Positions 35,705 to 44,144 of a stretch of DNA of 64,000 bases are shown here, piece after piece. Within the stretch, counting starts at the first letter, position 1. Each line of letters starts with the position of its first letter. A program made the position numbers and the translations under genes. The notes beneath the pieces are model-generated. The model was given only the letters and a program-made list of their open reading frames with translations. It was not told the DNA's origin and made no database searches. Source of the stretch: Solirubrobacterales bacterium (GTDB lineage Bacteria > Actinomycetota > Thermoleophilia > Solirubrobacterales > JBBDJG01); NCBI GenBank assembly GCA_038326655.1, contig JBBQKG010000008.1:23679-87678 (forward strand), given 5' to 3'.

Positions 35705-36283
35705 TCAGCGGAGCTCGACAGCCGGCAGGCCGTCGAGGCTCTCCGCGTTCTTCTCGCGCTGGTAGGCGACGAGTGCCTCTGCCCCGCCCGTGCGGACCTT
35801 TTTCGAAGCCCAGGCACGCTGGTGCGGCCGCTCGCCTTCGTAGGACATGAGCGGAACTCCGTACCCGCACGAGTCCGCGACTCTCGTCACCTCGACCACG
35901 ACGATTGCGCGCCGGGACTCCGGCACCTCGGGCTCGTCGAACCGGCAACGCCGGGCGAGGCCCTCGAAGCGGGGATCTACCTGCAGGACGACCTCACCGC
36001 GGCCGTGGAGGCGCAAGATCCGCGGCGGGCCTTCGAAGGCACAGAGCATCACGACGATCCGGCCGTTCTCACGCAGATGGGCGATCGTCTCCGCGCCGCT
36101 CCCGATCAGGTCGAGATAGGCGATCTCCGTCGGCCCCAGCACGCGCAGCGTGCCGATCGGGCCCTTCGGCGAGACGTTCACGTGGCCGCTCTCCGAGCGC
36201 GGCGCGGTCCCGACGAAGAAAAGCGACTGCCGCGCGATCCAGTCGCCGAGCTGCTCGTCGATCTGGTCGTAGATGCTGGCCAT
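35705..36283 (-). CDS. Pyridoxamine 5'-phosphate oxidase-like (FMN/F420-binding split-barrel) protein
   Basis: Start is ATG 36283 (MASIYDQIDEQLGDWI), sharing 1 nt with the upstream stop (TGATG). FFVGTAPRSESGHVNVSPKG ... RIVVMLCAFEGPPRILRLHGRGEVV. Confidence 0.8.
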   Translation of the reverse strand: MASIYDQIDEQLGDWIARQSLFFVGTAPRSESGHVNVSPKGPIGTLRVLGPTEIAYLDLIGSGAETIAHLRENGRIVVMLCAFEGPPRILRLHGRGEVVLQVDPRFEGLARRCRFDEPEVPESRRAIVVVEVTRVADSCGYGVPLMSYEGERPHQRAWASKKVRTGGAEALVAYQREKNAESLDGLPAVELR

Positions 36284-36657
36284 CAGGTCGAGCTTACCGG
36301 CGGGCGCACGTCCATCCGGTCGACCAGGCCGTCGCGGAACCCGTAGAGATGGTCGACCAGCACGTCGCTGGTGACATTCCCGTCCAGGTCGCGCACGACC
36401 TGGTGGACCTCGACTTTGACCCGTCCCTCCGCGTCCTCGTTGAACCGGATCGGGTCGACGTGCGAGTCGACCACCTCGAATTGGCGGGTCCAGTGGTCGC
36501 GCACGGCGCCGTGGCCGTGAGCGCGGGTCTCGTCCATCATGTTCGGCCAATCGACCTCGGGATGCATGAGCGACAGCACGGCCTCGACGTCACGCGCGTT
36601 GAATGCAGCATAGGCACGCCGCAGCATCTGCTCGCGCTCAGGAGAAGTCGACGGCAT
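36283..36657 (-). CDS. NTF2/SnoaL-like protein
   Basis: 124 aa. MLRRAYAAFNARDVEAVLSLMHPEVDW ... a typical SnoaL_2 N-terminus. ATG 36657 overlaps the cyclase gene end by 20 nt; the alternative start is ATG 36627. Confidence 0.75.
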   Translation of the reverse strand: MPSTSPEREQMLRRAYAAFNARDVEAVLSLMHPEVDWPNMMDETRAHGHGAVRDHWTRQFEVVDSHVDPIRFNEDAEGRVKVEVHQVVRDLDGNVTSDVLVDHLYGFRDGLVDRMDVRPPVSST

Positions 36658-37411
36658 AGACCTCCAGCTCCTTCGGCGCGCCCTTTGCGCGAAAGCGCCG
36701 GCGCTTCAGCTGGAATGTGGCTGGGCCGAGCCGCTCTCCCGCCGGCCCGGACACGAGCACCTCTCCCCCGGAGGCGGCCTCCGCGATGCGCGCCGCGATG
36801 TTCACGTCGACGCCCAGATAGTCGCCACCGAGCTTCCGCGGCCGGCCGATGTGAACGCCGGCCCGGAGCTGCGGCGCGTACCCGTCGACGCCCATCCCAC
36901 CGACCGCGCCGCGCGTCTCGAGCGCGGCCTCGACTGCCGCCCCGGCGTCATCGAAGACGGCCATGAGACCGTCGCCGAGACGCTTCACGACCCGGCCGCC
37001 GTGGTCGCAGATCGCCGCCTCACCAGCGGTGCCGACCTTCCGAAGCAGCTCGAGCACCGCCTCGTCGCCCGCCTCCAGCGCCCAGGACGAGAAGCCCACG
37101 AGGTCGGTGAACAGGATCGCGAGCTCACGCTCGCCGCGGCCGCGCCCCTGCGCCTCCGACAGCGCCTGGAAGACCTGAAGGGCGCCGAGCCCGACCTCCC
37201 GCGCGACGCTCGGGCGCCTGTCGCCGGCCTCGGCAATCGTGCGGGCGACCAGCTGCGACGGCTCGGCTCCCGCCGTCGAGAGCGGATCGCCCAGCTCGCT
37301 GTCGCCGGGCAGCAGCTCGCGCAGCCGGCGCGTGGCCCGCAGCCAGCGCGATGACGAGTCAGCGTCGCGCAGGCGGGCGAGGCGCGCCTCGGTTCGTCCG
37401 TCCAGTGGCAT
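36638..37411 (-). CDS. Class III adenylate cyclase with uncharacterised ~90-aa N-terminal region
   Basis: 257 aa. Metal Asp residues in ILFTDLVGFS and KRLGDGLMAVF, a Lys before GDG, an Asp in LGVDVNIAARI, and Asn/Arg in NIAAR. The catalytic set appears intact and adenine-type. Confidence 0.85.
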   Translation of the reverse strand: MPLDGRTEARLARLRDADSSSRWLRATRRLRELLPGDSELGDPLSTAGAEPSQLVARTIAEAGDRRPSVAREVGLGALQVFQALSEAQGRGRGERELAILFTDLVGFSSWALEAGDEAVLELLRKVGTAGEAAICDHGGRVVKRLGDGLMAVFDDAGAAVEAALETRGAVGGMGVDGYAPQLRAGVHIGRPRKLGGDYLGVDVNIAARIAEAASGGEVLVSGPAGERLGPATFQLKRRRFRAKGAPKELEVYAVDFS

Positions 37412-37421
37412 CGCGAGATGT

Positions 37422-38807
37422 CTACCGAACCGCGCCGGCGACGTGTGGAGCGGGCTCCGCTCCCGTCGAGATGGGTTGCGGAGCGGCTTCCAGGATCACG
37501 CGCGCGCCGTGCCTCGGCACGATCGTGACGCCCTTCCGAAGGGCTCGCTCCGGCCGCCGCCCGACCGGCGCGAGCTGCGCCCGCTCGAGGACACGGCGGA
37601 TCACGACCTTCATCTCGAAGGTCGCAAAGCTTCCGCCGAGGCAGCGGCGCGTGCTGCCTCCGAAGGGCAGCCAGGTGTAGGTGTCCGGCGCATCCTCACC
37701 CAGGAACCGCTCGGGCCTGAAGGCCTCTGGCTCCGGGTAGCAGTCGCCTCGCCGGTGGATCGCGGAGATCGACGGGTTGATCTCGACGCCGGTCGGAATC
37801 AGGTACTCGCCGAGCGGAAAGGGCTCTCCGCGAACGACGCGGCCGACGCCCGGCACGACCGTCCGCCGCCTGAGAACCTCCTTCACGACCGCGTCGAGGT
37901 AGCGGTCGTCGCCGTCGGCGATCGCTGCGCGTGTGCGGTCGAGCGTCGCCCGGTCGCGCAGCAGCAGGTCGAACGCCCACGCGAGACCGGTCGCGGTGGT
38001 CTCGTGTCCCGCCACGAGCAGCGTCACGAGCTGATCGCGTAGCTCGCCGTCCGTGAGCGCGTCTCCCTCCTCGTCGCGGGCCAGCAGGAGCAACGAGAGC
38101 ACATCCGTGCGGTGGTCCAGGTCGGTCGCCATCCGGCGGCGGGCGATCTCGTCGTAGACGAGCTCGTCGACCTGGCGGCGCTGCTCCGCGAACCGGCGCA
38201 TCCGCGAAGCGCCGAACCGTCCGGCCGAGAGCACCATCATGAGGACGCCGACCCGGGTGCCGACGGGGTCCAGCATCTGCCGCACCCGCCGCTTGAGCTC
38301 CTCCTGCCGCGGACCTGCCTCGACACCGAAGACCGCCTGCATGATCACGTCGAGGGTCAGCGACTGCATCGAGGGCAGGATCGGGAACGGCTCGCCGACG
38401 GACCACGAGTCGATTGTGCGGTCGGCCGCGTCGAGCATCGCGGTCTCGTACTCCCGCATCCGCTCGCCGTGGAAAGGCGGGAGCATGAGGCGCCGCTGGC
38501 GAAGGTGCTCGGCGCCGTCGAGCAGCAGCACCGAGCGCGCCCCGAGCACCGGCCCGAGCGGCGCGTTCGCCTCCCCCGCCCGGAGCTGCTCGGGAGAACC
38601 GCGAAACACCTGCTTCACGTGGTCGGGATGGAACACCATCACGAACCCGGGGTCGAAGAGGGTGCTGAACGTGACGAGGTCTCCGTAGCGGCGCCGGCAC
38701 CCGTCCACGAATCGCGGCCCGACCAGCATGAAGCCGAGTGTCTGGAGGACCCGTGGCAGGCGCGGCCCGGGCGGCATCGACCCCGGCGCGGTGCGGGCGG
38801 TGCTCAC
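37422..38807 (-). CDS. Cytochrome P450
   Basis: 461 aa. I-helix LLVAGHETT, ExxR (KEVLRR), and heme loop FGGSTRRCLG. GTG start overlaps the upstream stop (GTGA). Confidence 0.95.
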   Translation of the reverse strand: MSTARTAPGSMPPGPRLPRVLQTLGFMLVGPRFVDGCRRRYGDLVTFSTLFDPGFVMVFHPDHVKQVFRGSPEQLRAGEANAPLGPVLGARSVLLLDGAEHLRQRRLMLPPFHGERMREYETAMLDAADRTIDSWSVGEPFPILPSMQSLTLDVIMQAVFGVEAGPRQEELKRRVRQMLDPVGTRVGVLMMVLSAGRFGASRMRRFAEQRRQVDELVYDEIARRRMATDLDHRTDVLSLLLLARDEEGDALTDGELRDQLVTLLVAGHETTATGLAWAFDLLLRDRATLDRTRAAIADGDDRYLDAVVKEVLRRRTVVPGVGRVVRGEPFPLGEYLIPTGVEINPSISAIHRRGDCYPEPEAFRPERFLGEDAPDTYTWLPFGGSTRRCLGGSFATFEMKVVIRRVLERAQLAPVGRRPERALRKGVTIVPRHGARVILEAAPQPISTGAEPAPHVAGAVR

Positions 38808-39268
38808 GACAGCGTCGGCCGCAGGCCCGACGTCGCGAGCCGCCGCCAGCCGCGCGGACGCTTGAGGATCTCGATGAGGAACCTCCGGGTATCGAAGTAG
38901 TTGACCCGCTCGGCGGCGAGACCCTCACGCAGCAGAAAGCGATCGACGGCGGGCCAGCTCAACTCGCGCCCTCCGAAGGTGGCCGCGAGCGTGAACTCTA
39001 TGAAGACGACGTCGCCGCGCGCCGCCCATCGGTGCACGATCGCGTGAAGGTCCGGGAACGCGCGGAAGAGACGCGTGAACGCCTCGCGGGCGGCGGCCTT
39101 GCCGTGCGTGTCGGGAAGCGCGGGCTGCCTCAAGACGATGTCGTCCGTCAGCAGCGCGAGCAGCCGCTCCACCTCGGAGCTGGCCCACGCGGCCGCAAAC
39201 CGGTCGACGAATGCGGCGGCCTCGCTTGCCCCCGCGGTCTCCGTGAGTGACTCCAGACCAGTCGCCAT
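38804..39268 (-). CDS. NTF2/SnoaL-like protein
   Basis: Start is ATG 39268 (MATGLESL). FVDRFAAAWASSEVERLLALLTDDIVLRQP ... VVFIEFTL ... AVDRFLLREG. Confidence 0.75.
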   Translation of the reverse strand: MATGLESLTETAGASEAAAFVDRFAAAWASSEVERLLALLTDDIVLRQPALPDTHGKAAAREAFTRLFRAFPDLHAIVHRWAARGDVVFIEFTLAATFGGRELSWPAVDRFLLREGLAAERVNYFDTRRFLIEILKRPRGWRRLATSGLRPTLS

Positions 39269-39332
39269 GATCCCCTTCTGTCGAGTCTTGCGCTGTGAGC
39301 GTACCGCCATGGTCCCTTAGGGTTGAGCCGAG

Positions 39333-39752
39333 ATGCGTGACGGAAGTCCGGAGCAGGCGCCGCCGTTCGAGCGGCTCGACTTCCTGTACATGCCGAGCGA
39401 CGACGTCGCCCGCGACGTCGAGTACTTCACAAGCGTGCTCGGCGCCCAGGTCGTCTTCACGATCGAGGCGTTCGACACCCGCGTCGCGATGGTCAAGCTG
39501 AGCAACGAGGCACCGGACGTCCTGCTCGCGGGTCACCTGGAAGGGGATCGCCCCGTGCTGGTCTACCGCGTCGCCGGACTGGACGCCGCGATCGCCGAGC
39601 TCGAGCGCCGCGGCTGGGAACGACAGGCGGTGTTCGGCATTCCTCACGGGCCGTGCTGCGAGTTCAGGACGCCGGGCGGCCACCGCATCGCGATCTACGA
39701 GCTGACGCGGCCGGAGGCGACGGAGCGCTTCACCGGCCGCCGCGACTTCTGA
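39333..39752 (+). CDS. VOC (glyoxalase-like) family protein
   Basis: 139 aa. RLDFLYMPSDDVARDVEYFTSVLG ... FRTPGGHRIAIYE. Confidence 0.75.
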   Translation: MRDGSPEQAPPFERLDFLYMPSDDVARDVEYFTSVLGAQVVFTIEAFDTRVAMVKLSNEAPDVLLAGHLEGDRPVLVYRVAGLDAAIAELERRGWERQAVFGIPHGPCCEFRTPGGHRIAIYELTRPEATERFTGRRDF

Positions 39753-39839
39753 GCGATCCGCTCCTCGCGGCAGGCGGTTCGTGTAGGTTCGCGCTCAGAG
39801 CTGAGCCACCCGGCGCGGCCACGTCGATCGGAGACTCGC

Positions 39840-40127
39840 ATGTACGCATCGGTCCGCAAGTATCGCGCCACGGACATCCAGCAGATCGCCCGTCGCATCG
39901 AAGAAGACTTCCTTACCCGCGTGCGTGACGTGCCGGGCTTCTCTTCCTACGCCGTGGTCGACGGTGGTGACGGGACGCTCGTCACAATCACGTTCGCCGA
40001 CGACCAGGCCGGCGCGCAGGCTTCCGCCGATGCCGCCGCCTCGTGGATCCGTGAGAACGATGACATCGCAACGCTCATCGAAGGTGCGCCCGACGTGACC
40101 AACGGCGAGGTGCTGGCCCAGGCATAG
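39840..40127 (+). CDS. Dimeric alpha/beta-barrel (ABM-like) protein
   Basis: 95 aa. MYASVRKYRA ... VPGFSSYAVVDGGDGTLVTITFADDQAGAQAS resembles small ABM/ferredoxin-like-fold proteins. Function unknown. Confidence 0.6.
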   Translation: MYASVRKYRATDIQQIARRIEEDFLTRVRDVPGFSSYAVVDGGDGTLVTITFADDQAGAQASADAAASWIRENDDIATLIEGAPDVTNGEVLAQA

Positions 40128-40165
40128 GCCCGTGCAGCGCGTGCTGCCTGGATAGAGTTGCCCCG

Positions 40166-41212
40166 ATGCGAATCGGGATGAAGCCCGAGAGCGCGGTCGA
40201 GCGAGCGGTCGCGCGACTCGGCCTCGTGCCCCAGCCGCTGATCGAGACGCAGATGGCCTTCACGCTGGCACGCGTGGTGATGGCGGCCACGAAGCTGGGC
40301 CTGTTCGAGGCGCTCTCCGCGGGCCCGGCGACCGCCGCGTCGGTCGCGGAGCGGGCCGGCACGGACCCGGAGGCGACGGGGAAGATCCTGTTCGCGCTGG
40401 CGGCCGGCGACTATCTGAAGGCCGACGCCGACCGGTACTCCCTCACGCCGATGAGCCGTAAATGGCTGCTGCCTGACAGCGAGACGTCGCTCGTCGACAA
40501 GCTGCTTTTCCAGTTCGACGAGTGGGAGTGGCTCGAGCGAACAGAGGACTACGTCCGAACTGGCCAGCCGATCGATATCCACGACGTGATGGCCGGCGAT
40601 CAGTGGGACAGCTATCAGCGCGGGATGAGGTCACTCGCGGCCGGATTCGCCGCCGAGGCGGTGCGCAAGTTTCCGGTGCCGGCGGGGGCCAGGGACCTGC
40701 TCGATATCGGCGGCTCGCATGGCTACTACTCGGTCATGCTGTGCCGGCGCCACGAGCACCTGCGGGCCGTCGTCCTCGACCTCCCGGAGGCGGTCGAGCA
40801 CGCTGCTCCGCTGCTGGCGGCCGAGGGCATGGGGGACCGCGTGGTCCATCGCACCGGCAACGCGCTGACTGAGGACCTGGGGACCGAAACCTACGATGTC
40901 GTGTTCACGGCCTCGCTCGTGCATCACCTGAGCGACGCCGAGAACCGCGACCTGGCCGCGCGTGTCGCCCGGGCGCTGCGCCCGGGCGGCGTCTACGCGA
41001 TCCTCGACGCGTTCCGCCCCGAGAACCCGCGGGACGCGGGCCAGCTCGGCGCGCTGCTCGAGTTCTACTTCGCCCTCACCAGCCAGTCGGGCACGTGGAC
41101 GCCGGACGAGATGGCCGGCTGGCAGCGGGAGGCGGGGCTCAAGCCGCGGCGCCCGACCAAACTTCGAAGCGCGCCGGGCGGCGGCATCCAGGCCGCCACG
41201 AAGCCAAAGTAG
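40166..41212 (+). CDS. Class I SAM-dependent O-methyltransferase (Methyltransf_2 type with N-terminal dimerisation/wHTH domain)
   Basis: 348 aa. SAM motif LLDIGGSHGYYS, VVLDLPE, and DVVFTASLVHHL. Confidence 0.85.
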   Translation: MRIGMKPESAVERAVARLGLVPQPLIETQMAFTLARVVMAATKLGLFEALSAGPATAASVAERAGTDPEATGKILFALAAGDYLKADADRYSLTPMSRKWLLPDSETSLVDKLLFQFDEWEWLERTEDYVRTGQPIDIHDVMAGDQWDSYQRGMRSLAAGFAAEAVRKFPVPAGARDLLDIGGSHGYYSVMLCRRHEHLRAVVLDLPEAVEHAAPLLAAEGMGDRVVHRTGNALTEDLGTETYDVVFTASLVHHLSDAENRDLAARVARALRPGGVYAILDAFRPENPRDAGQLGALLEFYFALTSQSGTWTPDEMAGWQREAGLKPRRPTKLRSAPGGGIQAATKPK

Positions 41213-41227
41213 CTCCCGCACGAGCCC

Positions 41228-41455
41228 ATGCCGATCAATCCCGACTCCGATCAGCTCGCCGAGATCGGCGAGGGAAGCGACCGCTACGACGAGGTCATCG
41301 CGGTGTTCTATCCCAGCCTGCAGGCATTCCTCGGGCTCGCGCTCGACCCCGCGATCCTCGCGCCGATCGCCCACCGTAGCGCCGGGCTCGAGCGTGCGGC
41401 GCTGATCCGCTGCGAGGCCGGCCTGGAGACACTGGTCCCCGCTACGGGGCCTTGA
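41228..41455 (+). CDS. Short DUF1330-like protein
   Basis: 75 aa with high GC3. DEVIAVFYPSLQAFLGLALDPAILAPIAHRSAGLERAALIRCE resembles the C-terminal half of DUF1330 (from memory of the family consensus). Its stop overlaps the next TTG start (TTGA). Confidence 0.5.
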   Translation: MPINPDSDQLAEIGEGSDRYDEVIAVFYPSLQAFLGLALDPAILAPIAHRSAGLERAALIRCEAGLETLVPATGP

Positions 41456-42348
41456 GATCTCGAACAGCAGCGACGCTTATCGTGCTTGCGCTGGCCGGGT
41501 GCCTCGCCCCGGGCCGGGCAACCGCAGACGCCACCCCCTGCGCGTGGCAGGGCGGCTACCCTGGCGACGCCGCGGCGAAAGCCGAGCTCACCGCCTGGAT
41601 GGCGGCCGGCGCGATCGCACGCGGGCTGCCCGCAGAGCTGCCGGTGATGGGCGCGCTGGTCGAATCGGAGATCACGAACGCACCCGCCGCCGGCCAGGAC
41701 TCGGTGGGCTTCTTCCAGATGAGGGCGTCGATCTGGGATCAGGGTGAGTACGCCGGCTTCCCGGACCACCCCGAGCTTCAGCTCAAGTGGTTTGCCGACC
41801 AGTCGATCTCGGTGAATCAGCGGCGGGCGGCGGGCGGCCAGGCGCCCTACGGAGAGGACTCGACGACCTGGGGCATGTGGGTGGCAGACGTGCTTCGACC
41901 GCCGGAGCAGTACCGCGGCCGGTACCAGCTCCGGCTGACCGACGCGCGCGTGCTGATCGCAGCCGGCTGCGGACCGTCGGGTCCGACGCCCGGCGTCGAT
42001 TCCACCCCGCCGGCCGTGACCGTGTCCGGTAGTCGCGTCCAGCACCCCCTCAGGAGCAGCCGCATCGTCGTCGAGGTCGCGTGTCCGCTGGAGGCGTGCG
42101 TGGCACGGGCGCAGAGCAGGCTGTTGCTCCCGGGCGCCGCCCGGACCTACAGGATCCGGTCGTCGGCTCGCCGGATATCCGAGGGCCGCAGCGTGAAGCT
42201 GGTGCTTCGGCTCGGCCCGCGAATCCGGCGGTCCCTCCGTCGCAGGCTGACAGGGCACGGCGCACTGAGGGCAAGCCTGGCGATCAAGGCCAGGGACGCC
42301 GCCGGGAACACCACCGCAGCGCGGCGCATCATCAAGTTGAAGCGCTGA
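41452..42348 (+). CDS. Secreted protein with lysozyme/transglycosylase-like N-terminal region and Arg-rich C-terminal domain
   Basis: 298 aa. Signal/lipobox-like TLIVLALAGCLAPG. LVESEITNAPAAGQDSVGFFQMRASIW resembles an SLT-type catalytic Glu followed by a G-x-x-Q-hydrophobic block (GFFQM here). The C-terminal domain is unassigned. Confidence 0.6.
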   Translation: MRSRTAATLIVLALAGCLAPGRATADATPCAWQGGYPGDAAAKAELTAWMAAGAIARGLPAELPVMGALVESEITNAPAAGQDSVGFFQMRASIWDQGEYAGFPDHPELQLKWFADQSISVNQRRAAGGQAPYGEDSTTWGMWVADVLRPPEQYRGRYQLRLTDARVLIAAGCGPSGPTPGVDSTPPAVTVSGSRVQHPLRSSRIVVEVACPLEACVARAQSRLLLPGAARTYRIRSSARRISEGRSVKLVLRLGPRIRRSLRRRLTGHGALRASLAIKARDAAGNTTAARRIIKLKR

Positions 42349-42389
42349 CGAGAATACGCTCCGCCGGTCCCACGAACCGGAGGAGGAAG

Positions 42390-42668
42390 ATGGCCGAGAC
42401 CCCGACGCTCTACGTTTGCCACGGCGATGACGGCGGCCCGCGGGTGCATCCGTGTCGCCGCGTACAGGAGGCGCTCCGGTCCGCAGGCATCGAGTACGAC
42501 AAGGTGATCGCCGCGCACGGCAGCCCGATCCCCTTCCTGCGCAAGGGCTCCCGTGACGAGCTCCGCGACGCGACCGGAGCGACGAAGCTGCCGGCGCTCG
42601 AGCTGCCCGGCGGGACGGTCATCACCCACTCCCGCGCGATCCTCTCCTGGGTCGCACAGCAGAACTGA
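42390..42668 (+). CDS. Glutaredoxin/GST-N-like thioredoxin-fold protein
   Basis: 92 aa from ATG 42390, preceded by GGAGGAGGAAG. LYVCHGDDGGPRVHPCRRVQEALRSAGIEYDKV ... KLPALELPGGTVITHSRAILSWV. Confidence 0.65.
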   Translation: MAETPTLYVCHGDDGGPRVHPCRRVQEALRSAGIEYDKVIAAHGSPIPFLRKGSRDELRDATGATKLPALELPGGTVITHSRAILSWVAQQN

Positions 42669-42711
42669 TCTGATCTCGACCTGAGCTTCGGCTCCTGCGT
42701 GAAGCAGCCCC

Positions 42712-43206
42712 TCAGTCCCGCGGCCCGAGCGGCGGGCCGACGGTCACCTGGCCGTGGTCACGAAAGATCCGATCGAGCTCATCCGGTCCGGGGCGCGGCG
42801 CGTCGGGCGGAGGCAGCGTGGCCGCGCCGGCAGGCACTCCGCCGTCGCGGACCATGCGCTCGAGGCCGGCGGGCGTGCTGAGCACCAGTACGCGCGCCGT
42901 GTCGCTGTCCACCCTGAAGGTATGCGGCACCCCAATCGGGACAGCGGCCGTCGCGCCCGCCTCGACCTCGAAGCGCTGCTCGCCGGCCTGAACCGTCAGC
43001 CGCCCTTCGAGCACGATGTAGCTCTCGTCCTGCGGATGGGTGTGAAGCGGTGGCGAGGCATTTCGGGGAAAGAGGAACTCGATCAGGGCAAACCGTCCCG
43101 CGACCGCCTCGCCAGGCACCCGGATCGTCGCCAGCGTTCCCACGAACCAGATCTGCTCGCCGTCTCCCGGGCCGGACCAGGTCGCCGCCGCGCGCTCGCC
43201 CTCCAT
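42712..43206 (-). CDS. Cupin domain protein
   Basis: Start is ATG 43206 (MEGERAAATW). PPLHTHPQDESYIVLEGRLTV ... VPIGVPHTF is a cupin motif pair. Confidence 0.8.
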   Translation of the reverse strand: MEGERAAATWSGPGDGEQIWFVGTLATIRVPGEAVAGRFALIEFLFPRNASPPLHTHPQDESYIVLEGRLTVQAGEQRFEVEAGATAAVPIGVPHTFRVDSDTARVLVLSTPAGLERMVRDGGVPAGAATLPPPDAPRPGPDELDRIFRDHGQVTVGPPLGPRD

Positions 43207-43240
43207 TGCCGGAGCGTATCCACACGCGGCAGCGGAGCAC

Positions 43241-43270
43241 TTGACACGTGACCAAACGGTCACATATCCT
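43241..43270 (+). promoter_or_regulatory. Candidate sigma70-type promoter with an operator palindrome in the spacer; predicts a leaderless mRNA
   Basis: TTGACA (43241-43246), 18-nt spacer, TATCCT (43265-43270, TANNNT type). The spacer contains the perfect palindrome GTGACC-aaac-GGTCAC (43248-43263). ATG 43278 lies 7 nt after the -10 element. Confidence 0.45.
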
Positions 43271-43277
43271 CTGGGAC

Positions 43278-44054
43278 ATGGACGACGTGTTCAAGGCTCT
43301 CGCCGACCCGACGCGCCGCAGCCTGCTCGACGCGCTCTTCGAAGCAGACGGGCAGACCCTCAGCGCACTCGAGCAGCGATTGCCGTTGTCGCGCTTCGGC
43401 GTGATGAAGCATTTGAGGCTGCTCGAGGAGGCAGGCCTCATCACCACGCAGCGGCGCGGCCGGGAGAAGCTGCACTTCCTGAACCCCGTCCCGATCAGGC
43501 TCGTCCACGACCGGTGGGTGAGCAAGTACGCCGCGCCTTGGGCGGCAGCGCTCAGCGGGCTAAAAAGACAGATCGAGGAGGAAACGATGGAGAAGGTGTT
43601 CGAGATCTACATCAAGACGACCCCGGAGCGCCTCTGGGAGGCGATCACCGATCCCGACATGAGGAGCAAGTACAACTTCGGCGCGCGGGTCAGCTCGGAC
43701 TGGACCCCCGGCTCGCGCTACGAGATGGGCCACTCCGCCGCCAACGGGCTCTTGGGGGAAGGCGAGAACCTCGAGGTCGACCCGCCGCGGCGGCTGGTCC
43801 AGAGCATGGTGGCGCTCTGGAGCGACGACGTCAAGAACGAGGGAACATCGCGGGTCACCTGGGAAATCGAGCCGGTCGGCGACTCCTGCCGCCTGACCGT
43901 GACCCACGACGAGCTTCGCGAGGGCGCGAACGCCGAGCTCTACGGCGGCTGGCCGATGATCCTGTCCGGCCTCAAGACGCTGCTGGAAACCGGCGAGTCG
44001 CTCACTACTCCCGGCTCGCTGCGCTACGCTGACGCGTCGAAATCGGCTGCTTGA
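43278..44054 (+). CDS. ArsR-family HTH regulator fused to an SRPBCC/AHSA1 domain
   Basis: Preferred start is ATG 43278 (MDDVFKALADPTRRSLLDAL). The ORF-track GTG 43248 lies inside the predicted promoter. HTH: LPLSRFGVMKHLRLLEEAGLI. The C-terminal AHSA1-like region is IYIKTTPERLWEAITDPD ... VTWEIEPVGDSCRLTVTHD. Confidence 0.85.
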   Translation: MDDVFKALADPTRRSLLDALFEADGQTLSALEQRLPLSRFGVMKHLRLLEEAGLITTQRRGREKLHFLNPVPIRLVHDRWVSKYAAPWAAALSGLKRQIEEETMEKVFEIYIKTTPERLWEAITDPDMRSKYNFGARVSSDWTPGSRYEMGHSAANGLLGEGENLEVDPPRRLVQSMVALWSDDVKNEGTSRVTWEIEPVGDSCRLTVTHDELREGANAELYGGWPMILSGLKTLLETGESLTTPGSLRYADASKSAA

Positions 44055-44144
44055 GCTCCTGACGGACCCGATCGAGGCGCCGCAGCATCTCGGCAGCGGC
44101 GCCTAGCTCAACGCACCCAGGGCTTCGAGGGCCTTCGTGATGGC

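Noticed and set aside
41213-41451. Possible cyclic-di-AMP (ydaO-type) riboswitch upstream of the secreted lysozyme-like gene. Such riboswitches are often found before cell-wall hydrolase genes in Actinomycetota.
   Set aside because: The region reads as a high-GC3 75-codon ORF with DUF1330-like sequence that is translationally coupled (TTGA) to the next gene. I could not recognise the conserved ydaO core segments.
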